A stretch of 64,000 nt of DNA from Candidatus Hydrogenedentota bacterium. Its GTDB lineage: Bacteria > Hydrogenedentota > Hydrogenedentia > Hydrogenedentales > SLHB01. Each line of letters starts with the position of its first letter. Position 1 is the first letter of the stretch. Under the pieces are notes generated by a model. The model saw only the letters and a program-made list of their open reading frames with translations, ran no database searches and had not been told where the DNA came from. Below, piece by piece: positions 1-9,885 of the stretch. A program made the translations under genes and the position numbers. Location of the stretch: contig CAXXYE010000007.1 in assembly GCA_963674865.2 (NCBI GenBank), positions 224,001-288,000 on the forward strand. The letters are read 5' to 3'.

Positions 1-465
1 ATCCGTGTCGCGCACCCGCCCTTGGCAGCGTTGCGCAAGATCCTGCGAAAACGCCTCCACTTCAGTCATCGACGCGAATTCGAGGCCGTCGATTTGCTGG
101 CCTCCGGAGACGCAGTTGCTACGCGGCCCCACCATGCCGATATCGGGCGCTTGCAGCAGTGCCTGCTCGAGCCGGCCCAGCCACCCCGCCGGTAGCAGCG
201 TGTCGCTGTTGAGAAGCAACGCGTGCCCCGTGGCCCTCGCAAGGCCGAGATTCACCCCGGCGGCGAAGCCAAGGTTTTCGGCACTGTGTACGGCCTCGGC
301 CCCCGGGACAGCGTCGAAAAACTCCGAGACACCATCCGTTGAACCGTTATCCACCAGAATAAGCCGGTAGGCCCGGCGCGTGTTGGCCGTGATGGACGCG
401 ATACATTGCCGGCAGTACTCGAGCTGGTTGAAGGCGGGGATAATGATGGAGATCGGCTCCGGCAC
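1..465 (-). CDS. Glycosyltransferase family 2 (GT-A fold), runs off window start
   Basis: Not in the ORF track. My translation from GTG at 465 is VPEPISIIIPAFNQLEYCRQCIASI...LILVDNGSTDG...ENLGFAAGVNLGL...LLLNSDT, which has the GT2 motifs. Starts 3 nt after the formyltransferase stop. Confidence 0.9.
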   Translation of the reverse strand, partial: MPEPISIIIPAFNQLEYCRQCIASITANTRRAYRLILVDNGSTDGVSEFFDAVPGAEAVHSAENLGFAAGVNLGLARATGHALLLNSDTLLPAGWLGRLEQALLQAPDIGMVGPRSNCVSGGQQIDGLEFASMTEVEAFSQDLAQRCQGRVRDTD

Positions 466-468
466 GGC

Positions 469-1410
469 TTACGCCAACCGTTCGCCCGGCCGCGGGCGGC
501 CCCACGGGGCGGGCCATATCCACGGTACAGGGCGTTTCGTGTATGCGCGGACTACCTTGACGCTTCCCTTCCCGGTGGCGATGACAGGTATTGGGGCCGC
601 CTTTACCACTGTGCCGGGCGCTGCTTCGACCGGCGCGTCCTCCAAGGATACTTGGAGGATGTATACCGTGTTGCCGCCATGTTGGAAGCGGGCTCGTTGA
701 GAGGGGAGGCACGCCCGGACAAGCCTATCGATCTCGACGGCCGGCTTCGCCCAGTCAATCCGGACTTGTTCCTCGTTCAACTTCTTGTCATAGCTGGCTA
801 ACGCCGTGTCCTGCGGTGTTCCCTGAAGCCCCTCGGACTCAATCCGATCCACGAGCTCCACGATGTGTTCCTCGCACGCGCGGGCCGCATTTCTGTAAAC
901 GGTGAGGGCCGTGTCTTTCGGGCCGATGGGGAAGGCCACTTGCTCGAGGATGGCCCCCGTGTCGATGTCCTCGTCCATCACGTGAAACGTGACGCCGGTT
1001 TCCGCCTCGTCGGCCAATATGGCCGCCGTGAACGGATTCGGCCCCCGGTGTTTCGGGAGCAGGGAGGTATGGGCGTTAATGCATCCCACTTTCGGCAAGT
1101 CCAGCAGTGGCTTTTTGAGGATGATCCCAAATCCGGCGACGATCAACAGATCGGGCGCAAGCTCCCGCAGCGGAGCGAGTTCTTTCTCGCTCATCTTGTC
1201 AATCCAGAGCACGGGAATGCCACGCTTCATCGCCAAGGACAGCGGGGTGCCGCCGCCCGTCAGCCGGCTCAGAAACACAAACAAGCGCCGGTTGAAGCCG
1301 CGGTTCGCGCGCCCATCCTGAAGCATTGCCACGACCTCATGCCGGCTTTCCAGCAGCGGTCGTGCGATGTGAACGGAGAGTTGGCCCGAGCCTGCAATGG
1401 CGATCCGCAT
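469..1410 (-). CDS. Formyltransferase, Fmt/ArnA-like (N10-formyl-THF dependent)
   Basis: INAHTSLLPKHRGPNP, ETGVTFHVMDEDIDTG and a C-terminal IDW..PA.EI domain. The N-terminus (IAGSGQLS) departs from canonical Fmt (FMGTPEFA), so the substrate is uncertain. Confidence 0.85.
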   Translation of the reverse strand: MRIAIAGSGQLSVHIARPLLESRHEVVAMLQDGRANRGFNRRLFVFLSRLTGGGTPLSLAMKRGIPVLWIDKMSEKELAPLRELAPDLLIVAGFGIILKKPLLDLPKVGCINAHTSLLPKHRGPNPFTAAILADEAETGVTFHVMDEDIDTGAILEQVAFPIGPKDTALTVYRNAARACEEHIVELVDRIESEGLQGTPQDTALASYDKKLNEEQVRIDWAKPAVEIDRLVRACLPSQRARFQHGGNTVYILQVSLEDAPVEAAPGTVVKAAPIPVIATGKGSVKVVRAYTKRPVPWIWPAPWGRPRPGERLA

Positions 1411-1413
1411 TCG

Positions 1414-3129
1414 CTACGACTCCATGACGGCGCGATACCAAGCGAAGAACATCAGCAACGCCCAGAACTGCCGCCTTCGGTAGACATTGTGTGACGCGGC
1501 CCGCATCACCTGCTCAACGTAATGCCACTTGAAGAGGCCGGAGGCCTCCACCCTGTCCTGTGTGACGATCTGGCGGGCAGCCTGCTCGATGACGTGTACC
1601 ACCCGCCCCTCTTGAGGCACGCGGAATCGACGTTGAGCGCGGAGACGCACCGAGCCCGGCAACCGGCCCCTCATGGCGACCCGGAGGAGCGGTTTGGTGC
1701 GAACGCCGAATTTCGTTGCCGAGGGCAGGCCCGTCAGGAAGTCCACCATGGACTTCCGCAGATACGGGAATTCGAGGCTTATACCGTGTGCTGCGGCCAA
1801 GCGATCGCACTTTGTTAGCAGCAAGTCGGGAAGGTACACGCTCAGATCCAACGACAGGAGGTTCTGCGTCAGATCGGCCCCGGCGAAATGATGCGTGAGA
1901 ATCGAGGACACGCCGCCGCGATCGTGTATGGCTGCCTTCATGGCGTCCGTGTAGAGGGCTTCACGCTCGCCGTCATCAAACACGGCCAGCAGCGAGAGGT
2001 AGGCGCCGAGGTCATCGTGAATCGACGAGAGATAGCGGCTTGCCCGACGCACGAAAGCATTCGGCGGCAACGCCGGCAAGATCCCGCTCAAGAACGTGGC
2101 GGGGACAAGGCGCTTCGCCCCTTTCGCGTGTTCGAGAAGGCGGTAACGTGGATAGCCCCCGAGCAATTCATCGGCGCCATGCCCCGAAACCGCCTTATCC
2201 GTGTGCTTGCTCACTTCCTCGAGTATCAGCCAGAGCGGGAGAACGGAAGCATCCGCGATAGGCTCATCCAGGCAGGCCGCCACCTTTCCAAACGTCTCCT
2301 CGTTGAGACGCCGTGCCCTTCCCGCTACCAAACTCACTCCAAGGCGGCGCGCCGATTCGCGTGCCAGCCGCGTCTCTTCTTGCCACCCGCGGTCGAGGCG
2401 GACGAAGATGCCGCGGCTCCTCGGCCTTGATACGGCCAGTGCCGCGCAGTCCAGGCCACCCGACCAGAGCAGGTCTTCTGCCTCCGATGTGGCCCCCGCC
2501 TCTTCGAGCAGGCCGCGCAGCGTATCGGCCGCGGCGGGCCGCTCCATGGGCCGGGTGGACAAGTCGAACGACGCGTATTGCGTTTCCGTCAACGCCCCGC
2601 CCGCGAACTCGATGACAAGCCCCGCGGGCGCCCGCTGAACATCCTGGATGATCGATTCGCGCCCTGGTATGCAGCGCAGCGAAAGGTAGCGATCCACGCT
2701 CAACAGGTTGAGGTGCTTCTTCAGCAGTCCGCACGCAAGAAGCCCCTTCAGTTCCGAGGCGAAAAGCAGGCTATCGCCGCGTTGAGCGTAATACAGGGGC
2801 TTCGCGCCCAGGCGATCTCGAAACAGCCACCACCGCCCAGGCCCGAGTTGCACCACGGCGGCGAAGGTTCCCTGCAAACCAAGCCCGCACGCGTCAAGTA
2901 CGCCCCGGCAATGGGCTCGGAGGTCCTCGGGGGTGAGGGGGGCGCCGTTTTCATCGCGTACAATCCCATCGACAAGGCAGGTTTTGGTTCCCTTGCCGCA
3001 GGTCCACGCCACGGAGAAGTCCGTGCCGTCGGCCGAGTTAATCGGCCCGCCGCGGTGTGCCATGGCGTTGGCCATGGCCCGAGCCGCCGCGCCGTCACGC
3101 TTTCCCAATATGCCGCAAAGGAGGCCCAT
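1414..3129 (-). CDS. Asparagine synthetase B-like amidotransferase
   Basis: CGILG, RDRLGAKPLYY, FASELKGL, WSGGLD, SGHGADELLGGY and LLTKCDR motifs. The Cys is at residue 5, not the N-terminus. Confidence 0.88.
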   Translation of the reverse strand: MGLLCGILGKRDGAAARAMANAMAHRGGPINSADGTDFSVAWTCGKGTKTCLVDGIVRDENGAPLTPEDLRAHCRGVLDACGLGLQGTFAAVVQLGPGRWWLFRDRLGAKPLYYAQRGDSLLFASELKGLLACGLLKKHLNLLSVDRYLSLRCIPGRESIIQDVQRAPAGLVIEFAGGALTETQYASFDLSTRPMERPAAADTLRGLLEEAGATSEAEDLLWSGGLDCAALAVSRPRSRGIFVRLDRGWQEETRLARESARRLGVSLVAGRARRLNEETFGKVAACLDEPIADASVLPLWLILEEVSKHTDKAVSGHGADELLGGYPRYRLLEHAKGAKRLVPATFLSGILPALPPNAFVRRASRYLSSIHDDLGAYLSLLAVFDDGEREALYTDAMKAAIHDRGGVSSILTHHFAGADLTQNLLSLDLSVYLPDLLLTKCDRLAAAHGISLEFPYLRKSMVDFLTGLPSATKFGVRTKPLLRVAMRGRLPGSVRLRAQRRFRVPQEGRVVHVIEQAARQIVTQDRVEASGLFKWHYVEQVMRAASHNVYRRRQFWALLMFFAWYRAVMES

Positions 3130-3578
3130 TAGAAGACCTTCCGCGTATCGAGCAGCAGCGTCACCGGCCCATCATTCACGAGGCGCACGTCCATGTGCGC
3201 GCCGAACCGGCCGCAGGCCACCGGAATCCCTCTTGTCCGCAGGCCTTCGATCACCGCCTCGTAGAGCGGAATCGCTGACTCGGGCCGTGCCGCCGTACCA
3301 AAAGACGGACGCCGTCCCTTGCGGCAATCGCCGAGAAGTGTGAACTGAGAAATGGCCAGGATGCCCCCATCTATATCCTCAACGGACAAGTTGAACTTAC
3401 CGGCCGCATCCGTGAAGCAACGCAATCCGGCGATCTTCTGAGCCATCTGCTGGGCGTCGTCCTCAGTATCTTCCTCGGCCACACCGAGGAGTGCCACAAG
3501 GCCCTGTCCAATCTCACCCAGCGTTTCGCCATCGACGGACACGGCCGCTTCGGAAACCCGCTGAATCACGGCGCGCAT
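3129..3578 (-). CDS. dtd: D-aminoacyl-tRNA deacylase
   Basis: [30 protein letters not shown] and NDGPVT signature motifs; 149 aa. Confidence 0.97.
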   Translation of the reverse strand: MRAVIQRVSEAAVSVDGETLGEIGQGLVALLGVAEEDTEDDAQQMAQKIAGLRCFTDAAGKFNLSVEDIDGGILAISQFTLLGDCRKGRRPSFGTAARPESAIPLYEAVIEGLRTRGIPVACGRFGAHMDVRLVNDGPVTLLLDTRKVF

Positions 3579-3731
3579 GCTCGGAGTTGCCCTTCCCGTG
3601 TCTTGAAATCCCTTCCGAAAGTCTAGCAGGCGCGTGGGGAGCGTTCAAAAGCCTTTGTGAGCCGTGTCGGCTTCGCAACGGCCCTTCCGCACGGCTGCAC
3701 GCCGTGGACCCGCCGGTACGGCAACGCTATA

Positions 3732-3985
3732 CTCGTGTTCTCACTCGCAATTGACGTTCCTTGTCTGTAGATGAAGAAGCGAAAGAGAGGGACCGACACA
3801 AGCGGAGCGAAGTGAAGACGTGTCTGTCCCTGCTTCTCAGGCTTTGCCGTTCCGGCGTCAATGAATGTTCTGACAGAATGGAAAGCATCCGTAGGATGGT
3901 TGGAATCAATTCTGTAAATCATGTAAATCATGTCCAAGAAGGGCTTTCCGTTGGCCTCTTTCAAGGTTCTCCCTCAAACCACTAG
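3732..3985. mobile_element. MITE-like element, copy 1 (degenerate, with an internal AT-rich insert)
   Basis: 3732-3835 aligns with the copies at 31881 and 50742 (gtgttct.actc..aattgacgtt.ctt.tctg.agatgaa...gtgtctgtccctgctt). Ends in accactag, like copy 3. Confidence 0.6.
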
Positions 3986-4024
3986 CTTTGCCGTTGGCCA
4001 CGGACCGGGATTCAAGGTATCGAC

Positions 4025-5203
4025 GTGAACGACACACAACTTGGCCGGGACATGGGATTCCTCGCGGGAAACCTGCCTCACCGTGGTTCCAATACTACGA
4101 ATGAGCGTGCTGCGGCCGAGTACATCCGAGGCCGGTTCGCCTCCCATACGCCCGACACCGAGTTGGACGAGTTCCACTCGATCGATGCCGCTTACGTCCT
4201 GTTTTCCTCCTACTATGCCGAGTTCTTCATCGTGGCACTCGTGGCCCACTGGTTTCCCCGCGTTGGGCTCTGTTACGGCGCGGCGGTCTTCCTCGCATAT
4301 CTAGCGGAGTCTATGGGATACAACCTGTTCGCCCGGCTGTTGCCGCAGTTCGAAACCCAGAATGTTGCGGCCCGCTTCCTCGCGACTCATCCCAAGCGGC
4401 TGCTGGTCGTGACCGCCCATTACGACACCCCCAAAGCGAGCTTCCTGACGCGCCCCGGCCTTGTGCCCTGGGCGCGTGCAGGCCACCTGCTCATCGCGGC
4501 GTGCATGCTCCTCGTCATGATCTCCTGTGCCGCCGGCGCCCTCCATCTTTTCTCCGCGTGGACCTTTCCCATCGACGAGGCCGTGCGCTGGTGCGCCGTG
4601 GGCGTGCTGCTTTGCGCCTCCGGCCTGACGCTCTACGCCGGCGCCTCCGGGCAGGACATCCGCGGCGCCTCCGGCAACGCCTCGGGCGTCGCCGTGCTCT
4701 TGCGGCTTGCAGAGCGGCTGGCGACGACCCCGCTCGAAGAGGCCGACGTATGGCTTGTTGCCACCGGAAGCAAGGAGTCGTGGCTCCAAGGAATGCACCA
4801 TCTTTTGGCCACCAACGAACTCGACCGGCGACACACGTATTTCCTCAATATCGACCACGTCGGAGGCGGCCGGCTGTGTTATATCGAGGCCGAAGGGATG
4901 CTCCGCCCGTTCAAGGCGGACGCGGAGATGCTCGCCGCGGCCCAGGAAGTGGCTGAGGAGCACGGCGCCGTGCCCCAGCAGTTTCGTTGTGGCGTGACGG
5001 ATGCTTTCCTGCCGTTGGCGCGCGGCTTCAAGGCACTGGGCGTCATGGGACTCGACGAGCGTGGCCTGCCGCCCAATTTCCGCTGGCATACGGACAAACT
5101 GGACATGATCGACCATGACGAGGTGGCCCGGGCCGCCGGTTTCGCCGAGGCCGTGCTGCGCCAAATCGCCGCCGGTGGTGCTCCTGAGCGGCATACCCAG
5201 TAA
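4025..5203 (+). CDS. M28-family metallopeptidase, membrane-embedded
   Basis: VVTAHYDT, GASGNASGV, TGSKES, NIDHVG and WHTD motifs with inserted TM helices. Some metal ligands look variant (GN for DN, KE for EE). Confidence 0.8.
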   Translation: MNDTQLGRDMGFLAGNLPHRGSNTTNERAAAEYIRGRFASHTPDTELDEFHSIDAAYVLFSSYYAEFFIVALVAHWFPRVGLCYGAAVFLAYLAESMGYNLFARLLPQFETQNVAARFLATHPKRLLVVTAHYDTPKASFLTRPGLVPWARAGHLLIAACMLLVMISCAAGALHLFSAWTFPIDEAVRWCAVGVLLCASGLTLYAGASGQDIRGASGNASGVAVLLRLAERLATTPLEEADVWLVATGSKESWLQGMHHLLATNELDRRHTYFLNIDHVGGGRLCYIEAEGMLRPFKADAEMLAAAQEVAEEHGAVPQQFRCGVTDAFLPLARGFKALGVMGLDERGLPPNFRWHTDKLDMIDHDEVARAAGFAEAVLRQIAAGGAPERHTQ

Positions 5204-5316
5204 GCGGCTGCCTATATCTTGCGGGCCTTCGGCGACGTAATGCGCCATGTTGTGGCGGCCTTCTCATTGGCGTGTCTCCGGCCTATCTTCCCCCCCGCAT
5301 CCAGGCCCCGACTAGC

Positions 5317-5343
5317 TAAAGCTGCGAGGATTTCTGCCGATAA
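5317..5343 (+). promoter_or_regulatory. Sigma-28 (FliA/SigD)-type promoter
   Basis: TAAA(5317-5320)-N15-GCCGATAA(5336-5343), an exact consensus match, 51 nt upstream of ATG 5395. Confidence 0.85.
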
Positions 5344-5394
5344 ACGATAGCGAGAGGGACTATTTCAGGCGTACGATCCATCGGAGCACGTACA

Positions 5395-6210
5395 ATGAAT
5401 ATCAATGGTGTGGATTCCAACTCCGTTCACGAGACACTTCCGAGCGCCCACGCGCAAGGACGGAATAAGAGCCAGGGGGCTGAGGACGCAACCGCGAAGG
5501 GCAAGTCAGCGGCTATCCAGGACAGCGAAGGCAACGGCGCCAAAGTGAAGGGTGTCGTGCGCCTCCTTCAGGAGGGGCATTTCAAGGGCGTGGCGGACGT
5601 GCGCCTGCGCATCAACTTCTTCGACGAACTGACCGCTATCGCGCATGGCGACCTATCTGAGGCGCTCAATGCAAGTAGCCCCGACCTGTTGAGCGCCGTC
5701 GACGAAGCGCTTGACGGCCTGCTAAACTCCGGTGAACTCACTTCCGAGCAGGAAACCGGCGTCACCGAGGCGCGAGACGCCTTCGCGGCACAGGTGCAGC
5801 AGTTGATGGATGACTTCAACGCGGATGGGGGGGCCGACACCTCCACGCTGACGGGCGGCATACAGGAAGCATTCGACGCCTTTGCGGAAACGCTTTCCGC
5901 CCTCCTCGGCGGGACCTCCGCATCAGAAGAAACGACGGCAGTCGAAGAGGAAGTAGTCCTGGACACCGAAGGCGAGGCTTCCGAGCCTTCCGTCCTCGAG
6001 GCATTCGTCGAGGAGCTGCGGGCCACATTCGAAGCGGCCTTCGCGACGTTGACCGACCAACTCAGCGCGGCCAACCCGCTGCCCGAGCTTTCGCCTCCTT
6101 CAGGCAATGGCGTGGCCTACGAGAAGTTCCTGGCCATGTACAACGCCCTTATGAATCCCGGCGTCGACGCCTCAGAGATCTCCGAGAACGCCATCGACAC
6201 CATCGCGTAG
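5395..6210 (+). CDS. Hypothetical acidic, helical protein (probably flagellar regulon)
   Basis: 271-aa ORF with GGAG RBS and host-like codon use. Begins MNINGV and ends IDTIA; sigma-28 promoter upstream. Confidence 0.8.
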   Translation: MNINGVDSNSVHETLPSAHAQGRNKSQGAEDATAKGKSAAIQDSEGNGAKVKGVVRLLQEGHFKGVADVRLRINFFDELTAIAHGDLSEALNASSPDLLSAVDEALDGLLNSGELTSEQETGVTEARDAFAAQVQQLMDDFNADGGADTSTLTGGIQEAFDAFAETLSALLGGTSASEETTAVEEEVVLDTEGEASEPSVLEAFVEELRATFEAAFATLTDQLSAANPLPELSPPSGNGVAYEKFLAMYNALMNPGVDASEISENAIDTIA

Positions 6211-6268
6211 TATTCGCCGCGACAGATAGCCGCACGATCACCGGGGCCAATTGCGTGACGCCAAGTGT

Positions 6269-9200
6269 CTACCTGTCTTCCTCGCCGTCCATTGCTGACA
6301 CCTCCTCGATGAGTCTAGCGATCCGTCTGCGGGCGTCAAGGATGACGTCAGGATCCTCGGTAAAATGCACGTGGTCGGTAAGCACTTCGGGCGGGATGGC
6401 AAGTTCGGCGTCGACACGCGCCTGAAGCGGCTCGGACATAGCCTTGCCCGCCTCCCTGGCAAGCTCGCGAAGCAGGTAGAGATACTCGTAGTCCTCGATT
6501 CCGTCGCGCACATTCTCGAATCGCGTCGAGCCGAGGGGCGTGCCGTCGGGGCCGGGATACATGAGGTAGCCGCACCCGTTATGGCCGCGCTGGCTGTTCC
6601 AGGGAATCCAAGGGACCTCCGGCCAGCGCTTCTTGCCCTGAAGATTCAACTGCCAATACGTCGTGCCCCAGTAGAGAAAGCCTTCCGCGCCGTACTTCCA
6701 ACACTGCCAAAACATCAGGCGATGATCGGTAGCCGGAAAATCGATCATGATGCCGGGCCTGCTCCACACCGTATAGAACCACAAGCGCTCGCCCTTGGCC
6801 ATGCGCTGTTCGAGCACGTGAGGATCGAAGTTGCCGATGGTGGGACACCAGATGTCTATGGCGCCGAAAAGCGCCTGCTCAGGAGCGCTAGTCTGTAGTT
6901 GGGGCCATTCCGGGATTACGCTGCGCACCCAATGGCTCAACTCGACCACCTGCGGGATCTCATGCCGGCCCATCACGGCCACTTCATCGCGTGTGTAGAA
7001 GAGGGTGCGGTCGTCCCATCCCTTATCAATGAAGTCTGCGCGCGTCTTCTTCAACAGCCTCTCGAACGCGGGGCGGTCGGCCTCCGGCATTTCGTGCGAC
7101 AGCGGGATGAACAGCGTGTTCTGGCCGTTGGCCATGACGTACTCCCAGTCCTCCTGCGTGTCGCCTCCCTTGTAGGGATAGCCCATCAGCGGCCCCACGC
7201 GGTGGTCGAGGTGATAGTCGTAGAAACGCTTGCGAACGGCCCAGGGCGTGCGGCCCTCGTATTGGTAGAACCGTTGGATCTGGCCCTCGTTCATCCACAT
7301 CGTCGTCTTGAGGTGAGTTATCTCGTCGAGATGGAAATCCCACACGTGGACCTTCAGCGGAACATCGACAGAAGCCATCCCTTCCGCCGAGAAACGTACC
7401 GTTCCCTCATAATCGCCCGGCGGCGTGTCTTCATTCGCGTGTACGGTGATGTAGAAGGGCTGCGCGTCCTGGTTTTCAGGTACGTCGTACGGCTCGGCCG
7501 GAAATAGGATGTCGGGATAATCGCCCTGCTTCGCCACGCGGAAGCTATACATGGGCGGGCCGTTTCGGACGTAGCCGACACGGTGGACGGCGATGTCATC
7601 CGGCGAAATGGCTGCGCCGCCCGTGAGTTTCAGTTCGCTTGCAGTGACGGTTAGTTCTGGCAGGTCCTTCCACAGCGGCACCACAACCAGTTGGAGTCCT
7701 TCGCGTTCATTTCCGGCGAGTTCGATGGCGGCGGGCCGCAATGTGTGCTCGGCCGTCACGAATGGCTCATCCCGGAACACCTTGACAAGGGTGGTCTCCG
7801 GCACAACGGCGAAATCACACGCCTTGCCTTGGACCGCTGTTGCGTGCGCCGCACGCAGACGCGCCAGAACACGTTCAAGTTCGCGTAAGGCCGTATGTAC
7901 GCGCTCAAGGTCTTCTCGGCCTGCCTTTCCGGATGTGTCCGCGTGCTCCCTAGCGGCGCGAAGATCGGCATCCGCCCCTCCCTCCGCGGCGAGCACGGCC
8001 TCCTTGGCACGATCTCTCGCCTCCGAACTGGGCATTTTGCGCAGCAGACGGCGCGCTGTCTTGAGTTGTGACGCCAGTTCGTGAGTTTCCGGCGCGAACA
8101 ACTCGAGTTCATCTTCCGCGTCCAGCGCCGCAAGCGTTTCGCCGGTGCCCACGTCACGCAAACGCAGCGACAACCGGTATACTCCCGGCTCGGCCGCCGA
8201 AAACTCGAACTGTCCTGAGGCCTTCTCATACGGCAGGCGAGGCTGCGTGAGGTTCTCCGAGATCAGCCCCCCGTCGGGCCGCGTCAGTTCGGCCACGGCT
8301 TCGAGGTGCCGCGGGCGATGGCTTCCGTTAAAGAAGGTCAAAACGACGGCATTCTCGCCTGTCCGGAGGGGCGCAAACCGCTCGATCGCAATGGCAGCCG
8401 GCTGCACGTCAGGCGGCGTTGGAGCCGTCGCCGTGAAGGCTGCGCCGTTGATGTTTCCCGAGAGCTGCGCATCATGGTTGATGTTGGGCCATGGCAGCCG
8501 CTCCGGCGCATAGGCGCCGCCGACGGAGACGCAATACACATAGCCGTCCTTCCCCGTGAATACGACCTCGACCTGCCCATCGCCATCCACGTCGCCAAGC
8601 GCGGGCGTGGTTAATACGCCGACTTCCACGCCGAAGCTCCATTTTTCTTGGCCGTTCGCCGACAGGCAGATCAGGCGCTTTGAACGTGAACCGGCCAGCA
8701 CCTCGAGTTCGCCGTCGCCGTCCACATCCCCCACCGATGGCCCTTGGACGATCCCGCCGCCTACGTCCGCGGACCAGAGGGCTTTGCCGTCGCGCAGGCG
8801 GTATACGCTGCCCGGCCCGCCGAGGCCGCGTCCGTCGCCGCAAACGATGTCGCATCGGCCCGAGCCGTCGAAGTCGGCCAAGGCGAAACTGTTGGTTTGG
8901 TCGATGATGTGGTCGCCCTTCCAGCGCCATTCCTCCTCTCCGCTTGAGGCGTCGTAAACAACAACTTGGAAATCCTCGGTGGCGAAGACGGCTTCGAGGT
9001 GCCCGTCGCCATCCACATCGCCCACCGCCGGGCCCGAGCGGCGCTCCTTACGCGCGGTTGGTTCGTCGTGAACCCACAAGACTTCCCCTTCACTCGAGAA
9101 GCAGGCTGCCTTGCCCCCACCGAAAGCCACGTAGATTCGCATCGTATTGGATTGAGGATCGTAGGAGATGGCCGGAATGCCGCGTATGGCGCCGTCTTCC

Positions 9201-9745
9201 TGATGATGCCAGCGCTCTTGCCCGGTGTCGTCGAGGCAGTACAAGGTGCCGCTGTCCGAACCGACCACCAGTTCGATGCGGCCGTCGCCATCCATATCCG
9301 CCACGACGGGGCCGCTGTAATTGACCTGATCGCCCATGAAGACACGCCAGATCAACCGGCCGTTGGCGTCGAGGCAACCCACCACGCCGCTCCTGTCCGA
9401 GAAGAACACTTCCTTGCGGCCGTCGCCATCGTAATCGACAACGGAAGGCGGCGCGTGGATACCCTCGGGGATCGCCGATTCCAGGTGGTAGTCCCAGCGC
9501 ACTTCGCCGTTCCCATCGAGACAGATCACGCGCTGCGCCACCGTCGCGCACACGATGACCTCCACCGAGCCATCGCCGTCGAGGTCTGTCAGGATGGGGG
9601 GCGCATAGATACGCCCCGTGGCCTTGTACGACCATTCGAGACGCGGCTCAACGCCTGCGTAGGCCGCGGTCGCCAACGCCAATTCGGCTGCGAAGAACAG
9701 AAATATGGCGCCACAATGGCGTGTGCGGATGCTCTTCTTAGTCAT
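6269..9745 (-). CDS. Secreted FG-GAP/PQQ-like beta-propeller + DUF4091/GH123-like glycoside hydrolase domain protein
   Basis: Repeated D.DGDG..E motifs. C-terminal AGNEREGLQL, WDF.L, DE, GFLYWG and STRFENVRDGIEDYEYL. Start re-called at ATG 9745 (GGAGG RBS, signal peptide). Confidence 0.85.
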   Translation of the reverse strand: MTKKSIRTRHCGAIFLFFAAELALATAAYAGVEPRLEWSYKATGRIYAPPILTDLDGDGSVEVIVCATVAQRVICLDGNGEVRWDYHLESAIPEGIHAPPSVVDYDGDGRKEVFFSDRSGVVGCLDANGRLIWRVFMGDQVNYSGPVVADMDGDGRIELVVGSDSGTLYCLDDTGQERWHHQEDGAIRGIPAISYDPQSNTMRIYVAFGGGKAACFSSEGEVLWVHDEPTARKERRSGPAVGDVDGDGHLEAVFATEDFQVVVYDASSGEEEWRWKGDHIIDQTNSFALADFDGSGRCDIVCGDGRGLGGPGSVYRLRDGKALWSADVGGGIVQGPSVGDVDGDGELEVLAGSRSKRLICLSANGQEKWSFGVEVGVLTTPALGDVDGDGQVEVVFTGKDGYVYCVSVGGAYAPERLPWPNINHDAQLSGNINGAAFTATAPTPPDVQPAAIAIERFAPLRTGENAVVLTFFNGSHRPRHLEAVAELTRPDGGLISENLTQPRLPYEKASGQFEFSAAEPGVYRLSLRLRDVGTGETLAALDAEDELELFAPETHELASQLKTARRLLRKMPSSEARDRAKEAVLAAEGGADADLRAAREHADTSGKAGREDLERVHTALRELERVLARLRAAHATAVQGKACDFAVVPETTLVKVFRDEPFVTAEHTLRPAAIELAGNEREGLQLVVVPLWKDLPELTVTASELKLTGGAAISPDDIAVHRVGYVRNGPPMYSFRVAKQGDYPDILFPAEPYDVPENQDAQPFYITVHANEDTPPGDYEGTVRFSAEGMASVDVPLKVHVWDFHLDEITHLKTTMWMNEGQIQRFYQYEGRTPWAVRKRFYDYHLDHRVGPLMGYPYKGGDTQEDWEYVMANGQNTLFIPLSHEMPEADRPAFERLLKKTRADFIDKGWDDRTLFYTRDEVAVMGRHEIPQVVELSHWVRSVIPEWPQLQTSAPEQALFGAIDIWCPTIGNFDPHVLEQRMAKGERLWFYTVWSRPGIMIDFPATDHRLMFWQCWKYGAEGFLYWGTTYWQLNLQGKKRWPEVPWIPWNSQRGHNGCGYLMYPGPDGTPLGSTRFENVRDGIEDYEYLYLLRELAREAGKAMSEPLQARVDAELAIPPEVLTDHVHFTEDPDVILDARRRIARLIEEVSAMDGEEDR

Positions 9746-9885
9746 AGAGAAACGCCCCCTCCATACTTGCCAAGGACAAGACCTCATGCGCAATTCTTGC
9801 AGACATCCTGCGGCGAGTGCCAGTGCGGGGCGCCCCGAAGCGCGCGGATCGGACGTTGCCTTATCTGCATCTGGATGGCCCCATG

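Noticed and set aside
1414..3129. Lasso-peptide cyclase cluster
   Set aside because: AsnB-like with a degenerate glutaminase, but no B1/B2 protein or precursor peptide nearby; the context is glycosyl/formyl transfer.
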